Assembly (NCBI RefSeq): GCF_006345805.1
Contig: NC_043006.1
Coordinates: forward strand, 71,858,001-71,922,000
Origin: Octopus sinensis
Lineage: Eukaryota
Reading direction: 5' to 3'
DNA length: 64,000 bases
The notes below the pieces were generated by a model. The model made no database searches. It was given only the letters and a program-made list of their open reading frames with translations, and had not been told where the DNA came from. The position numbers were made by a program, and so were the translations under genes. Shown here one piece after another: positions 63,988-64,000 of the stretch. Each line of letters opens with the position of its first letter. The stretch's first letter is position 1.

Positions 63988-64000
63988 CTGATCATAACCT
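63988..64000 (-). CDS. SMARCAL1: SMARCAL1 exon, partial at window edge (..VMIR)
   Basis: Minus strand reads AG GTT ATG ATC AG|gtaagt. The phase-2 donor joins the next exon to give VMIR-RMKKDVLSQLP, matching the SMARCAL1 'MLRRLKSDVLSQLP' segment. Confidence 0.85.

Noticed and set aside
51532-64000. ZRANB3 instead of SMARCAL1
   Set aside because: AANxGL, ELFWNPG, GTADDxxWPLIQ and AGLS..FSE match SMARCAL1. No NZF or HNH exon was seen before the stop.

Overview
AT-rich, microsatellite-dense animal genomic DNA, most likely a coleoid cephalopod (Octopus-like; inferred from the repeat landscape and the long C2H2 array, not verified by search). Two protein-coding genes are supported, both on the minus strand. 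(1) The 3' half of SMARCAL1: nine exons from 64000 down to a stop at 51532, all with canonical GT-AG boundaries and consistent phases. (2) A 20-finger C2H2 zinc-finger gene with one coding exon (35159-37315) and a probable spliced non-coding leader at about 41.1-41.7 kb. A diverged 300-400 bp cassette that looks like a first exon plus GTAAGT donor occurs four times on the minus strand (3.8, 16.7, 41.5 and 46.9 kb), each in a CpG-retaining zone; this is the most interesting unexplained structure. Much of the rest is mobile DNA: three RTE LINE lineages (one apparently 5'-inverted), a CR1/L2 3' end, several tRNA-derived SINE families, mariner and DD37D (maT) relics, a two-5'-end foldback mariner, hAT, piggyBac-like and mariner-like MITEs, and a non-autonomous Helitron. 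Identities and CpG patterns were judged by eye.
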